A stretch of DNA of 64,000 bases from Gemmobacter sp. (GCA_052387255.1 JBQTJI010000048.1:1917-65916), one strand, 5' to 3'; counted from the stretch's first letter, positions 20,673 through 29,010 are shown. Numbers and translations are program-made. Notes: generated by a model not told the origin, from the letters alone.

Positions 20673-21194
20673 ATGGTGCAGCCCTTCACCCTTCGCCGTG
20701 CGACCCCGGACGACCTGTCGGCGGTGGACGTGCTGCTGGAGTGCAGCTATCCGCGCCTGCTGAAGGCCGACTATCCGCCCTCGGTGCTGGTCACGGCGCT
20801 GCCGCTGATCGTGCGGGCGCAGCCGGTGCTTCTGGCCTCGGGGCGGTACTTCGTGGCGGTGGACGGGGCGGACGGGCATCTGCTGGGGGCGGGCGGGTAC
20901 AGCCTGGCGTCGCCGGTGCCGCGCGGGCAGGCGCAGGGCCCGCGCGAGGAACAGCTGGGCCACATCCGCCATGTCGTGACCGACCCCGACCGGCTGCGCC
21001 GGGGCGTCGGGCGGGCGGTGATGACCTGCGTGCTGACGGCGGCGGCGGCCGAGGGGGTGACGGTGTTCGACTGCCTGTCCACCCGCACGGCGGTGCCGTT
21101 CTATGCAGCACTCGGGTTCCGCACGCTGGGGGCGGCGACGGTGCCGCTGGCCCCCGGCATCGAGTTTCCCGCCATCCGCATGCGGCGGCCCTGA
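20673..21194 (+). CDS. GNAT family N-acetyltransferase
   Basis: MVQPFTLRRATPDDLSAVDVLL...IRHVVTDPDRLRRGVGRAVM... (acetyl-CoA binding R-x-x-G-x-G/A). ATG at 20673. Confidence 0.75.
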   Translation: MVQPFTLRRATPDDLSAVDVLLECSYPRLLKADYPPSVLVTALPLIVRAQPVLLASGRYFVAVDGADGHLLGAGGYSLASPVPRGQAQGPREEQLGHIRHVVTDPDRLRRGVGRAVMTCVLTAAAAEGVTVFDCLSTRTAVPFYAALGFRTLGAATVPLAPGIEFPAIRMRRP

Positions 21195-21221
21195 TGTCAC
21201 TCACCAGCGAAAGGAATTGCC

Positions 21222-21515
21222 ATGCCGAAAGGGTACTGGGTCGTCCACGGCACCGTGACCGACCCCGCCGCCTATGAGCTCTACCGCGCCGCCAATGCCG
21301 CGCCGCTGGCGCAGTTCGGGGCGCGGTTCCTGGTGCGCGGGGGCGCGCAGACCGTGACCGAAGGGGCGGTGCGCCCGCGCACCGTGGTGATCGAGTTTCC
21401 GTCGCTGCAGGCCGCGCAGGACTGCTATGATTCGGCCGGGTACCAGGCGGCCATCGCCCTGCGGCTGGGGGCCAGTACGGCGGATTTCGCCATCGTCGAG
21501 GGGTGGGAGGGGTAG
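21222..21515 (+). CDS. DUF1330 domain protein
   Basis: MPKGYWVVHGTVTDPAAYELYRAANAAPLAQFGARFLVRGG...IEFPSLQAAQDCYDSAGYQ is typical of DUF1330. Confidence 0.8.
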   Translation: MPKGYWVVHGTVTDPAAYELYRAANAAPLAQFGARFLVRGGAQTVTEGAVRPRTVVIEFPSLQAAQDCYDSAGYQAAIALRLGASTADFAIVEGWEG

Positions 21516-21524
21516 GCCAAAAGG

Positions 21525-21552
21525 AAAGGGCCGGGGTTTCCCCCGGCCCTTT
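21525..21552. terminator. bidirectional terminator hairpin between convergent genes
   Basis: Perfect 12-bp stem aaagggccgggg / ccccggcccttt with a tttc loop. The A-run and T-run flanks suit both directions. Confidence 0.8.
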
Positions 21553-21574
21553 GCCGTCTGTCCGTCCCGTCAGG

Positions 21575-22297
21575 TCACTCGCGGTTGCCGAGGAACTGCA
21601 GCAGGAACATGAACATGTTGATGAAGTCGAGGTACAGGCGTAGGGCACCCATGATCGCCGACTTGCCCAGCCAGTCCTGGTCGCCGTACTGGGCGTGCTG
21701 GATGTATTCGTTCTTGATCGACTGCGTGTCATAGGCGGTCAGGCCCGCGAAGATCAGCACGCCGATCACCGAGATGGCAAAGGCCATCGCCGACGAGGCC
21801 AGGAAGATGTTCACGATGGACGCCACGATCAGGCCGATCAGGCCCATCATCAGGAACGTGCCCATGCCCGACAGGTCACGCTTCGTGGTGTAGCCGTACA
21901 GAGACAGGCCCGCGAAGGCGATCGAGGTCACCAGGAAGGTGTGGGCGATGGAGGTGCCGGTGTAGACGGCGAAGATGAAGCTGATCGACAGGCCCATCAC
22001 GGCGGCGAAGACATAGAAGAACAGCTGCGCCGCGGCATAGGACAGCCGGTTGATCATCGCGCCGAAGGCGATGGCCATGATCAGGGGCGCGAACATCACC
22101 AGCCACTTGACCGGCGTGCCGAAGATCGCCTGCAGCATCGTCTCGTTGGTGCCGACCGCCCAGGCAACGCCGCCGGTGATCAGCATGCCCACGGACATCA
22201 GGCCGTAGACCTTGTTCATGTGGGCGCGCAGGCCCTGGTCGATTGCGGCACCGCGTGTGCCGGCGGCAACCGAGCCGATGGTTTGATAGTCAGCCAT
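21575..22297 (-). CDS. Bax inhibitor-1/YccA family membrane protein
   Basis: 240 aa with 7 hydrophobic segments. ...GLRAHMNKVYGLMSVGMLITG... and the C-terminal LYLDFINMFMFLLQFLG are typical of BI-1. GGAGGA RBS. Confidence 0.85.
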   Translation of the reverse strand: MADYQTIGSVAAGTRGAAIDQGLRAHMNKVYGLMSVGMLITGGVAWAVGTNETMLQAIFGTPVKWLVMFAPLIMAIAFGAMINRLSYAAAQLFFYVFAAVMGLSISFIFAVYTGTSIAHTFLVTSIAFAGLSLYGYTTKRDLSGMGTFLMMGLIGLIVASIVNIFLASSAMAFAISVIGVLIFAGLTAYDTQSIKNEYIQHAQYGDQDWLGKSAIMGALRLYLDFINMFMFLLQFLGNRE

Positions 22298-22451
22298 GTG
22301 TATCCTCCGGGTGTAAGAACAGACGGGGGAAACCGTCAGGCGCGGGCGCGACCCTTATCGGGCCGCGACGCACTTGGGGGGAATATTGGCAGGGTTGGCG
22401 GGCAATTCAAGCACTCCGTGGCCAGAAGGCGACAGAAAGAGCCATGAATTC

Positions 22452-22661
22452 TCAGCGACGCCAGGTGGGCGACACGTCCCAGGCCGCGCGGTCGGCCTCG
22501 GCCTGCGCCTGTTCGCGGGTCAGGCCGATGTCGCGCAGGATGTGGTCGTCCAGCGCGTTCAGCGACCGGCGTGACCGGTGCATCGCCAGCAGGTCGAGAA
22601 GGCCCGACAGCGTCATCGCGGCGGGGCGGCGGAGGTGGGCAAGGCGGAGGAGCGAGGTCAT
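22452..22661 (-). CDS. DUF1127 domain small protein
   Basis: MTSLLRLAHLRR...SRRSLNALDDHILRDIGLTREQAQAEA... ATG at 22661. Confidence 0.75.
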   Translation of the reverse strand: MTSLLRLAHLRRPAAMTLSGLLDLLAMHRSRRSLNALDDHILRDIGLTREQAQAEADRAAWDVSPTWRR

Positions 22662-22793
22662 CGGGGCACCTGTGGGTTCTGGATCAGCATCGGTGATGGT
22701 CGGGTCGTCCGTCATCACGATGCTTGAAAGATGCGCCATCATCGTGCATCATGGAAACGAATGATTGTGCGGTGATCCATCACGGAGGGTGAT

Positions 22794-23672
22794 ATGGCGC
22801 GAACACTGGACCTGACGGCGCTGCGCAGCTTTGTCGCGGTGGCCGAGGCGGGCGGCGTGACGCGGGCGGCGGGGTTCCTGAACCTGACGCAGTCGGCGGT
22901 GTCGATGCAGATCAAGCGGCTGGAGGACAGCCTGGGCCTTTTGCTGTTCGCGCGCCAGGCCCGCAAGCTGGCGCTGACGCCCGAGGGCGAGCAGTTGCTG
23001 GTCTACGGGCGCAAGATGATGGCGCTGAACGACGAGGTGATGGCGCGGCTGACCTGCGCCTCGCACGAGGGCGAGATCCGGCTGGGTGTGCCCCATGACG
23101 TGGTCTATCCCGAAATTCCGGGCATCCTCAAACGGTTGTCGACGCTGTTTCCCAGGGTCAAGGTCAACCTGGTGTCGTCGTTCACCATCCTGCTGAAGGA
23201 ATCCTTCGCCCGTGGCGTGCTGGACGTGATCCTGACCACCGAGGACCGGCCGGGCCCGAAGGGTGAACAGTTGTCGATGCGGGACATGGTCTGGATCGGG
23301 TCCGAGGGGGGCAGCATCTGGCAGCGCCGTCCCCTGCGGCTGGGCTTCAAGGAAACCTGCATCTTCCGCGCCATGGCGCAGGCCCGGCTGGATGCGGCGG
23401 GCATTCCCTGGGAAATGGCCTATGAGGGCGACAGCGAACACGCCATCGAGGCGACGGTCGTCGCCGACCTGGCGATCTGCGCGCGCCTTGCCGGTGCCCT
23501 GCCGCATGGCACGGCCCCGATCCCGCATCGCGGGCAGTTGCCCGACCTCGGCAGCGTGGCGCTGTGCCTGTATGTGGCCCCCACCCTGAAGGGCGAGGCG
23601 GCGGACATGCTGATCTCCGATCTTCGCCGGGCCTACGGCGGCGACGGGGTGCGGCAGATGGCGGCGGAGTAG
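22794..23672 (+). CDS. LysR family transcriptional regulator
   Basis: N-terminal HTH LRSFVAVAEAGGVTRAAGFLNLTQSAVSMQIKRLEDSLG. 292 aa. Confidence 0.9.
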   Translation: MARTLDLTALRSFVAVAEAGGVTRAAGFLNLTQSAVSMQIKRLEDSLGLLLFARQARKLALTPEGEQLLVYGRKMMALNDEVMARLTCASHEGEIRLGVPHDVVYPEIPGILKRLSTLFPRVKVNLVSSFTILLKESFARGVLDVILTTEDRPGPKGEQLSMRDMVWIGSEGGSIWQRRPLRLGFKETCIFRAMAQARLDAAGIPWEMAYEGDSEHAIEATVVADLAICARLAGALPHGTAPIPHRGQLPDLGSVALCLYVAPTLKGEAADMLISDLRRAYGGDGVRQMAAE

Positions 23673-23675
23673 GGG

Positions 23676-24641
23676 TCAGCCGTCCATCGTGATCACGACC
23701 TTGCCGGTGGCCTTGCGGCTGCGCAGCAGATCCAGCCCCTCGGCCGCGCGCGACAGGGGCAGGCGGTGGCTGATGTGGGGCGCGAGCCAACCCTTCGCGT
23801 GCCAGTCGAGCAGCGTGGCCAGGCTGCCGGTCAGCGCCTCCGGCGCAAAGGACAGGTAGCCGCCCCAGTACAGGCCGATCACGGTCAGGTTCTTGACCAG
23901 CAGAAGGTTGGCCGGAATCTGCGGCACCTCGCCCCCGGCAAAGCCGATGGTCAGAAGCCGCCCCTCGGGCCGGGTGGCGCGCAGCGCCTCGAGGAACGCA
24001 GGCCCGCCGACCGCATCGTAGACCACATCGACGCCGCCCAGGGCCTTGAGTGTGCCGCGCAGGTCGGGCGCGTCGCTGTCGATCAGCACATCGGCGCCCG
24101 CCGCCTGCGCCACCGCCAGCCGGTCGGCACCGCGCGCACTGGCGATCACCCGCGCGCCCAGCCGCTTGCCGATCTCGACCGCCGTCAGCCCGACGCCGCC
24201 CGCAGCACCAAGGACCAGCAGCGTCTCGCCCGGTGCCAGTGCCGCGCGGCGGGTCAGCGCAAGGTGGCTGGTGCCATAGGCGATCTGGAAGGCGGCGGCG
24301 GCGTCGAAATCCATCGTGTCGGGCAGGGGCAGGCAGCGGTCCGCCGCCACGATGACCTGGTCCGCCAGGCCGCCGTGCCCGGCAAAGGCCGCAACGCGGG
24401 TGCCGGGGGCCGGACCCGCGACACCGGGGCCAAGCGCGTCAACCATGCCTGCGACCTCCATGCCCAGGGTCATCGGCAGGGCGGGGCTTTCCTGATAGCG
24501 GCCCTCGATCATCAGCAGGTCGGCAAAATTCAGCCCGCAGGCCCCGACCGCGATGCGGACCTGCCCCGGCCCCGGCACGGGGACCGGCAGGTCGGTCAGG
24601 GCCGGGGCTGATCCATGGGAGACAAGGCGAAGGGCGCGCAT
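23676..24641 (-). CDS. NADPH:quinone oxidoreductase / MDR zinc-type dehydrogenase family
   Basis: MRALRLVSHGSAPALTDLPVPVPGPGQVRIAVGACGLNFADLLMIEGRYQ... and the GAAGGVG NAD(P) motif. ATG at 24641. Confidence 0.85.
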   Translation of the reverse strand: MRALRLVSHGSAPALTDLPVPVPGPGQVRIAVGACGLNFADLLMIEGRYQESPALPMTLGMEVAGMVDALGPGVAGPAPGTRVAAFAGHGGLADQVIVAADRCLPLPDTMDFDAAAAFQIAYGTSHLALTRRAALAPGETLLVLGAAGGVGLTAVEIGKRLGARVIASARGADRLAVAQAAGADVLIDSDAPDLRGTLKALGGVDVVYDAVGGPAFLEALRATRPEGRLLTIGFAGGEVPQIPANLLLVKNLTVIGLYWGGYLSFAPEALTGSLATLLDWHAKGWLAPHISHRLPLSRAAEGLDLLRSRKATGKVVITMDG

Positions 24642-24705
24642 GGCAGGGCACCTGGGACAGGGGAGGGGTTGCCGCACCTTTTCACCCCGGCGCAGGCGGC
24701 GCAAG

Positions 24706-24763
24706 CATTGCATTTTGCAATGATTGCGCACCTATCGTTTCGATATGCAACGCAAAATGCAAT
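24706..24763. promoter_or_regulatory. palindrome plus 12-bp inverted repeat (candidate operator/UAS)
   Basis: cattgca-ttt-tgcaatg (24706-24722). attgcattttgc (24707-24718) recurs as its reverse complement gcaaaatgcaat (24752-24763). Further TGCAA half-sites lie at 24746 and 24789. Confidence 0.45.
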
Positions 24764-24923
24764 ACACGCAAAAGGTGAAAGCCGATTGTGCAACGACGGC
24801 GGCGGTTGGATGATGCCCCTCATGCGGGAAAACTTCTTCACTCGTATAATTGGACATATCCAAAAAGACAGGTTTCGGGTGGCCGATGCGAAATCTGTGG
24901 AAAAGAACACCGTAAGCTGACTT

Positions 24924-24939
24924 TGGCACGAAAATTGCT
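24924..24939 (+). promoter_or_regulatory. sigma-54 (RpoN) -24/-12 promoter, consensus match
   Basis: TGGCACGAAAATTGCT fits TGGCACG-N4-TTGCW exactly. It is oriented toward the XRE gene, about 42 nt upstream of the ATG at 24981. Confidence 0.6.
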
Positions 24940-24980
24940 TATAAGTCTGCAGGTCACGTTCAGTCAGTATGGAGTTGAGA

Positions 24981-25340
24981 ATGAAGCACCCCGTGGACGC
25001 GCATGTCGGCAAGCGCATCCGTCACCGTCGCTGGATGGTCGGCATGACCCAGCAGCAACTGGCTGATCGGGTGGGCATCAAGTTCCAGCAGATCCAGAAG
25101 TACGAGACCGGCATGAACCGCGTCTCGGCCTCGCGCCTGTGGGACATCGCCGAGGCGCTGACGGTGCAGGTCAGCTTTTTCTTCGAGGGTCTGAACGAAG
25201 ATGGCTCGGTCATCGCGGCGGGCGGCGACATGTTGGCCGACAAGGAAGCGATGGATCTGGTGCGGTCGTACTACGCCATCCCCGAGGCGCAGCGCCGCCG
25301 CCTGTTCGACCTGGCCCGCGTGCTGAGCGAGGCGGCCTGA
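24981..25340 (+). CDS. XRE-family HTH transcriptional regulator (PraR/PhrR-like)
   Basis: MKHPVDAHVGKRIRHRRWMVGMTQQQLADRVGIKFQQIQKYETGMNRVSASRLWDIAEALTVQVSFFFEG. GGAG lies 6 nt before the ATG at 24981. An alternative ATG is at 24969. Confidence 0.85.
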   Translation: MKHPVDAHVGKRIRHRRWMVGMTQQQLADRVGIKFQQIQKYETGMNRVSASRLWDIAEALTVQVSFFFEGLNEDGSVIAAGGDMLADKEAMDLVRSYYAIPEAQRRRLFDLARVLSEAA

Positions 25341-25402
25341 TCCGCTTGACCCCGCGCCTTGCCGCCTGCTAGCGCGTGGCAGCGGGCAGGCGGGGCGGCA
25401 GG

Positions 25403-26197
25403 ATGCGCAGACGGCAGGATGAAGCGGAACTGATCGCCACGGCGGCCGAGATGGCCGAGGCTGCACGGGTGGCGACACTGCGCCATTTCAGGGCTGCCGG
25501 GCTGTCGGCGGACACCAAGGAAACCCACCGATTCGATCCCGTGACCGTGGCCGACCGTGAAAGCGAGGCAGCGATGCGGGCGGTTCTGGCGCGCCTGCGC
25601 CCGCAGGACGCGATCCTGGGCGAGGAACAGGCCGCGACGCCCGGCACGTCGGGCCTGACCTGGGTGATCGACCCCATCGACGGCACGCGCGGATACCTGT
25701 CGGGCACGCCGACCTGGGGTGTCCTGATCTCGGTCGCCGACGCCGAAGGTCCGGTCTACGGCGTGATCGACCAGCCCTATATCGGTGAGCGGTTCGAGGG
25801 CGGGTTCGGTCGCGCCGAGGTGACCGGCCCGACGGGCCGCCATCCCCTGCGCTGCCGCCCGCCGCGCGGGCTGGACCAGGCGATCCTGTTCTCGACCTTC
25901 CCCGAAGTGGGGACCGAGGCCGAACGCCTGGCCTTCCGCCGCGTCGCCGACGCCGTGCGGCTGGTCCGGTATGGCTGCGACTGCTATGGCTATGCCCTGG
26001 TCGCCGCGGGCCAGATCGACCTGGTGATCGAGGCCGGCCTGCAGACCTATGACGTGCAGGCCCCGATTGCCGTGGTGCAGGCGGCGGGCGGGATCGTCAC
26101 CGACTGGCAGGGTCGGCCCTGCCCGCAAGGGGGGCAGGTGCTGGCCGCCGCAAACGCGCAGGTGCATGCGGCGGCGATGGCGCTTCTGAACGCCTAG
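25403..26197 (+). CDS. inositol monophosphatase family protein (histidinol-phosphatase HisN-like)
   Basis: ILGEE...WVIDPIDGTRGYLSGTPTWGVLI...DVQAPIAVVQAAGG IMPase motifs. ATG at 25403; a GTG at 25376 is possible. Confidence 0.8.
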   Translation: MRRRQDEAELIATAAEMAEAARVATLRHFRAAGLSADTKETHRFDPVTVADRESEAAMRAVLARLRPQDAILGEEQAATPGTSGLTWVIDPIDGTRGYLSGTPTWGVLISVADAEGPVYGVIDQPYIGERFEGGFGRAEVTGPTGRHPLRCRPPRGLDQAILFSTFPEVGTEAERLAFRRVADAVRLVRYGCDCYGYALVAAGQIDLVIEAGLQTYDVQAPIAVVQAAGGIVTDWQGRPCPQGGQVLAAANAQVHAAAMALLNA

Positions 26198-26778
26198 CGC
26201 GCGACCACGGGGGGCAGCAGCGCGGTGGGTCGCCCCTCGGGCGTGCACATGTCGTTGTCGGCGGGCCGCACGCCGAAATAGACCCCTTGCGGGTCCATCG
26301 CCAGCAGGTCGAAGTCCTGGCCGCAGTCCGCCACCGGGGGCCAGGCGGCGCAGCCCGTCTGCGAAATATCGGCCTCGAGGTTCACGGTCAGCCCGCAGGT
26401 GTCCAGCCCGATGCCCGCCGCCACCTCGGGGATCGCGGTCAGCTGCGTCAGCCGTTTCCAGTCCTCGTCGAAGGTCGCCTCGAACGCGCCCGGCACCGAG
26501 GATGGCCCGGTCACCGCATAGCCCCCCCCGGTGCGGAACTGGAAGGTCCGCAGGGTCATGGCCGGGTCCAGCGCATGGGTGAAGATCAGGCTCCACTGGC
26601 CGTCGGCAAAGACGAACTCGCGCGTGCCGAACCCGCCGTACCAGGGCTCGGGCGCGGGGCTGACCCAGGTGCCCTTCAGGCCCTCAAGCGTGGCGGCATC
26701 GGCCCATTCCCCGGCCATGGACGGCAGGGCAAGGGCGGACAGGATCAGCGCGGCGGCGGACAGGTGTTTCATGGTCAT
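26194..26778 (-). CDS. secreted hypothetical protein
   Basis: MTMKHLSAAALILSALALPSMAGEW signal peptide. The mature part has four Cys. No family recognised. Confidence 0.6.
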   Translation of the reverse strand: MTMKHLSAAALILSALALPSMAGEWADAATLEGLKGTWVSPAPEPWYGGFGTREFVFADGQWSLIFTHALDPAMTLRTFQFRTGGGYAVTGPSSVPGAFEATFDEDWKRLTQLTAIPEVAAGIGLDTCGLTVNLEADISQTGCAAWPPVADCGQDFDLLAMDPQGVYFGVRPADNDMCTPEGRPTALLPPVVAR

Positions 26779-26934
26779 CTTCCTGGTGGCGCAGGCCGGA
26801 CCGTCCGGCCTGTCAGGATGAAGACGAAGGGTTCGCGCGATTTTCGACATCGCCGCGAAAGTGTTTCCGAAGCGGCAGGGTTGCGCGGCCCCGGTCCGGC
26901 CCTAACCTGCGGGCCGGGACAGCAGGGGGCGCGC

Positions 26935-28269
26935 ATGGACGAGGTTCTGATCCGGGGGGCAGAGGTCGTGGTCACGATGGATGCCGACCGCCGCGAACTG
27001 CAAAGGGCCGATGTCCTGATCCGGGGCGGGGTCATCGCCGGGGTGGGGCCGGGGCTGGCCACCGCGGGCCGCGTGGTGCAGGCCGGGGGATGCGTGGTGA
27101 CGCCGGGCCTCGTGAACACGCACCACCATCTGTACCAGACGCTGACCCGCGCCGTGCCGGGGGGGCAGGACGCGCTGCTGTTCGGCTGGCTGCGGAGGCT
27201 GTACCCGATCTGGGCGCGGTTCGGGCCGGAGGAGATGTTCGTGTCGGCGCAGGTCGGGCTGGCGGAACTGGCGCTGTCGGGCTGTTCGATGACGTCGGAC
27301 CATCTGTACCTCTACCCCAACGGCGCGCGGCTGGACGACACCATCGCGGCGGCCTCCGAGGTGGGCCTGCGCTTCCATCCGACGCGGGGCGCGATGAGCA
27401 TCGGGGAGTCGCTCGGCGGCCTGCCCCCCGATGCGCTGGTCGAACCCGAGGCGGCGATCCTGGCCGACATGGCGCGCGTGGTCGACCGGTTCCACGATCC
27501 CCGGCCCGGCGCGATGGTGCGTGTGGGGCTGGCCCCCTGTTCCCCCTTCTCGGTCAGCCGCGACCTGATGCGCGAGACGGCGTGTCTGGCGCGCGACAAG
27601 GGGGTGATGCTGCACACCCATCTGGCCGAGAACGACGAGGATGTCGCCTACAGCCTGGCCACCTTCGGCTGCCGCCCGGGGCAGTATGCCGAGGATCTGG
27701 GCTGGACGGGTGCGGACGTCTGGCACGCCCATTGCGTCAAACTCGACGCGTCCGAGATCGGGCTGTTCGCGCGGTCGGGCACGGGGGTGGCGCATTGCCC
27801 CTGTTCTAATTGTCGTCTCGGGTCGGGGATTGCACCTGTGCGGGCGATGCGGGATGCCGGGGTGTCGGTGGGCCTTGGGGTGGACGGGTCGGCCTCGAAC
27901 GACGCAGGGAGCCTCGTGGCCGAGGCGCGGATGGCGCTGCTGTTGCAGCGGGTGGCAAAGGGGGCGGATGCGATGTCGGCGCGCGAGGCGCTGGAGATCG
28001 CCACCCTTGGCGGCGCGCGGGTGCTGGGGCGTCGGGATGTGGGGGTGCTGGCGGTGGGGATGCGGGCGGACGTGGCGGTCTGGGACCTGTCGGGGATCGA
28101 GGCGGCGGGGTCGTGGGACCCGGTCGCCTTCCTGCTGGCCGGGCCGGCCCGAGTGCGCGACCTGTTCGTCGAGGGGCGGGCGGTGGTGCAGGGGGGGCAC
28201 CTAGCGACGCTGGACTTGCCGCGCGTGGTCGAACGGGCGAATGTGCTGGCCAGGCGGCTGGCGGGGTAG
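26935..28269 (+). CDS. 8-oxoguanine deaminase-like amidohydrolase
   Basis: MDEVLIRGAEVVVTMDADRRELQRADVLIRGG...TPGLVNTHHHLYQTLTRAVPG...HTHLAENDEDV...HCPCSNCRLGSG. ATG at 26935. Confidence 0.8.
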   Translation: MDEVLIRGAEVVVTMDADRRELQRADVLIRGGVIAGVGPGLATAGRVVQAGGCVVTPGLVNTHHHLYQTLTRAVPGGQDALLFGWLRRLYPIWARFGPEEMFVSAQVGLAELALSGCSMTSDHLYLYPNGARLDDTIAAASEVGLRFHPTRGAMSIGESLGGLPPDALVEPEAAILADMARVVDRFHDPRPGAMVRVGLAPCSPFSVSRDLMRETACLARDKGVMLHTHLAENDEDVAYSLATFGCRPGQYAEDLGWTGADVWHAHCVKLDASEIGLFARSGTGVAHCPCSNCRLGSGIAPVRAMRDAGVSVGLGVDGSASNDAGSLVAEARMALLLQRVAKGADAMSAREALEIATLGGARVLGRRDVGVLAVGMRADVAVWDLSGIEAAGSWDPVAFLLAGPARVRDLFVEGRAVVQGGHLATLDLPRVVERANVLARRLAG

Positions 28270-28272
28270 GGC

Positions 28273-28590
28273 GTGGCACATAATTTCGAAACGCAGCGGC
28301 GGGAAACCTATGCGTCGTTCAAGGACATCGCGGGGCTGAAGCTGCCGAAGGAGGCGGTGATCGAGTTCGCGTTCTTCGTCGAGGAGACGGACGCCGACTG
28401 GGGCGCGTTCGAACGGGCGCTGCGGGCGGCGGGGTTCCGCACCCGGCGGCTGGAGGACGGCGAGACGATGGTGGCCGCCAGCGGCCCGATGCCGGTGACC
28501 CCCGAGGCGATCTGGCTGCGGGAACGCGAGGCCACGTCGATCGCGCTGAAGTTCGAGTTCTATCCGGACGGCTGGGAGGTCGCGGACTGA
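28273..28590 (+). CDS. RraB (ribonuclease E inhibitor B)-like domain protein
   Basis: 105 aa. The pattern IEFAFFV...ALRAAGFRT...ALKFEFYPDGWEV parallels E. coli RraB (IEHHL...KLGYEV...KFDVEYDGWGT). GTG start 3 nt after the upstream stop. Confidence 0.55.
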   Translation: MAHNFETQRRETYASFKDIAGLKLPKEAVIEFAFFVEETDADWGAFERALRAAGFRTRRLEDGETMVAASGPMPVTPEAIWLREREATSIALKFEFYPDGWEVAD

Positions 28591-28610
28591 GCGTCGCACG
28601 TGTGGACAGA

Positions 28611-28690
28611 GGGCGGGGTGAGGGATTTCAAGGAGTTAGCGTGGGGGTGTTAGGGGGTTGTTAGGGATTGGGGGGTGCGGGACGTGCGGG
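28611..28690 (+). repeat. G-run cluster with TTAGGG-like units
   Basis: gggcggggtgaggg...gtgggggtgttagggggttgttagggattggggggtgcgggacgtgcggg holds nine runs of at least 3 G in 80 nt, all on the + strand. Confidence 0.7.
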
Positions 28691-28745
28691 ATCATGGCTG
28701 GAAAAACCTGACCTGATCGCTTATGTTCCGTCCAGGAGAACGCCC

Positions 28746-28955
28746 ATGGACGTCCAGATCAATGACTATCCCCAGCTTCGCGGGCTGTGCTGGAACCGGC
28801 CCGGTGCGGGCGTGATTGACGGGGCGGATGCACTAGCCCTGTATGAGCGGAACTGGCGGTTTGTGGATTACGCGGCGATGACGATGGAGGAGGAAAGCCT
28901 CTTGGCGACGCTTGTTGCCCGATATGGCAACGGCGTGCTGAATGTAGCAGAGTAG
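28746..28955 (+). CDS. hypothetical 69-aa protein
   Basis: An AGGAGA RBS lies 6 nt upstream of the ATG at 28746. Sequence MDVQINDYPQLRGLCWNRPGAGVIDGADALALYERNWRFVDYAAMTMEEESLLATLVARYGNGVLNVAE. The stop codon lies inside the hairpin arm. Confidence 0.45.
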   Translation: MDVQINDYPQLRGLCWNRPGAGVIDGADALALYERNWRFVDYAAMTMEEESLLATLVARYGNGVLNVAE

Positions 28956-29010
28956 GGTGGGCAATCTGCAGACAGTCGCTTGCGAATTGTGGGCAGATTG
29001 CCCACCCTAC
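28952..29010. terminator. 18-bp perfect inverted repeat hairpin between convergent genes, at the left edge of the low-GC islet
   Basis: gtagggtgggcaatctgc (28952-28969) pairs with gcagattgcccaccctac (28993-29010). The loop is 23 nt. Confidence 0.6.

Noticed and set aside
22298-22451. Possible CcsR-like sRNA array downstream of the DUF1127 gene.
   Set aside because: There is no CCUCCUCCC-type loop motif and no tandem stem-loop repeats. Only short hairpins and the BI-1 RBS are present.
22714-22746. 7-bp inverted repeat cacgatg-N17-catcgtg as a LysR operator.
   Set aside because: It is short, the spacing does not fit the T-N11-A LysR box, and it could arise by chance.
24596-25018. 140-aa minus-strand ORF and other short ORFs in the AT-rich XRE leader.
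   Set aside because: It is Cys/Phe/Ile-rich, has no RBS, overlaps the qor start and the XRE start, and spans the sigma-54 element. The region is better explained as regulatory DNA.
28274-28288. TGGCAC-N5-TTCG resembling a sigma-54 promoter.
   Set aside because: The -12 element lacks the GC dinucleotide (TTCG, not TTGC), and the site coincides with the GTG start of the RraB-like CDS.
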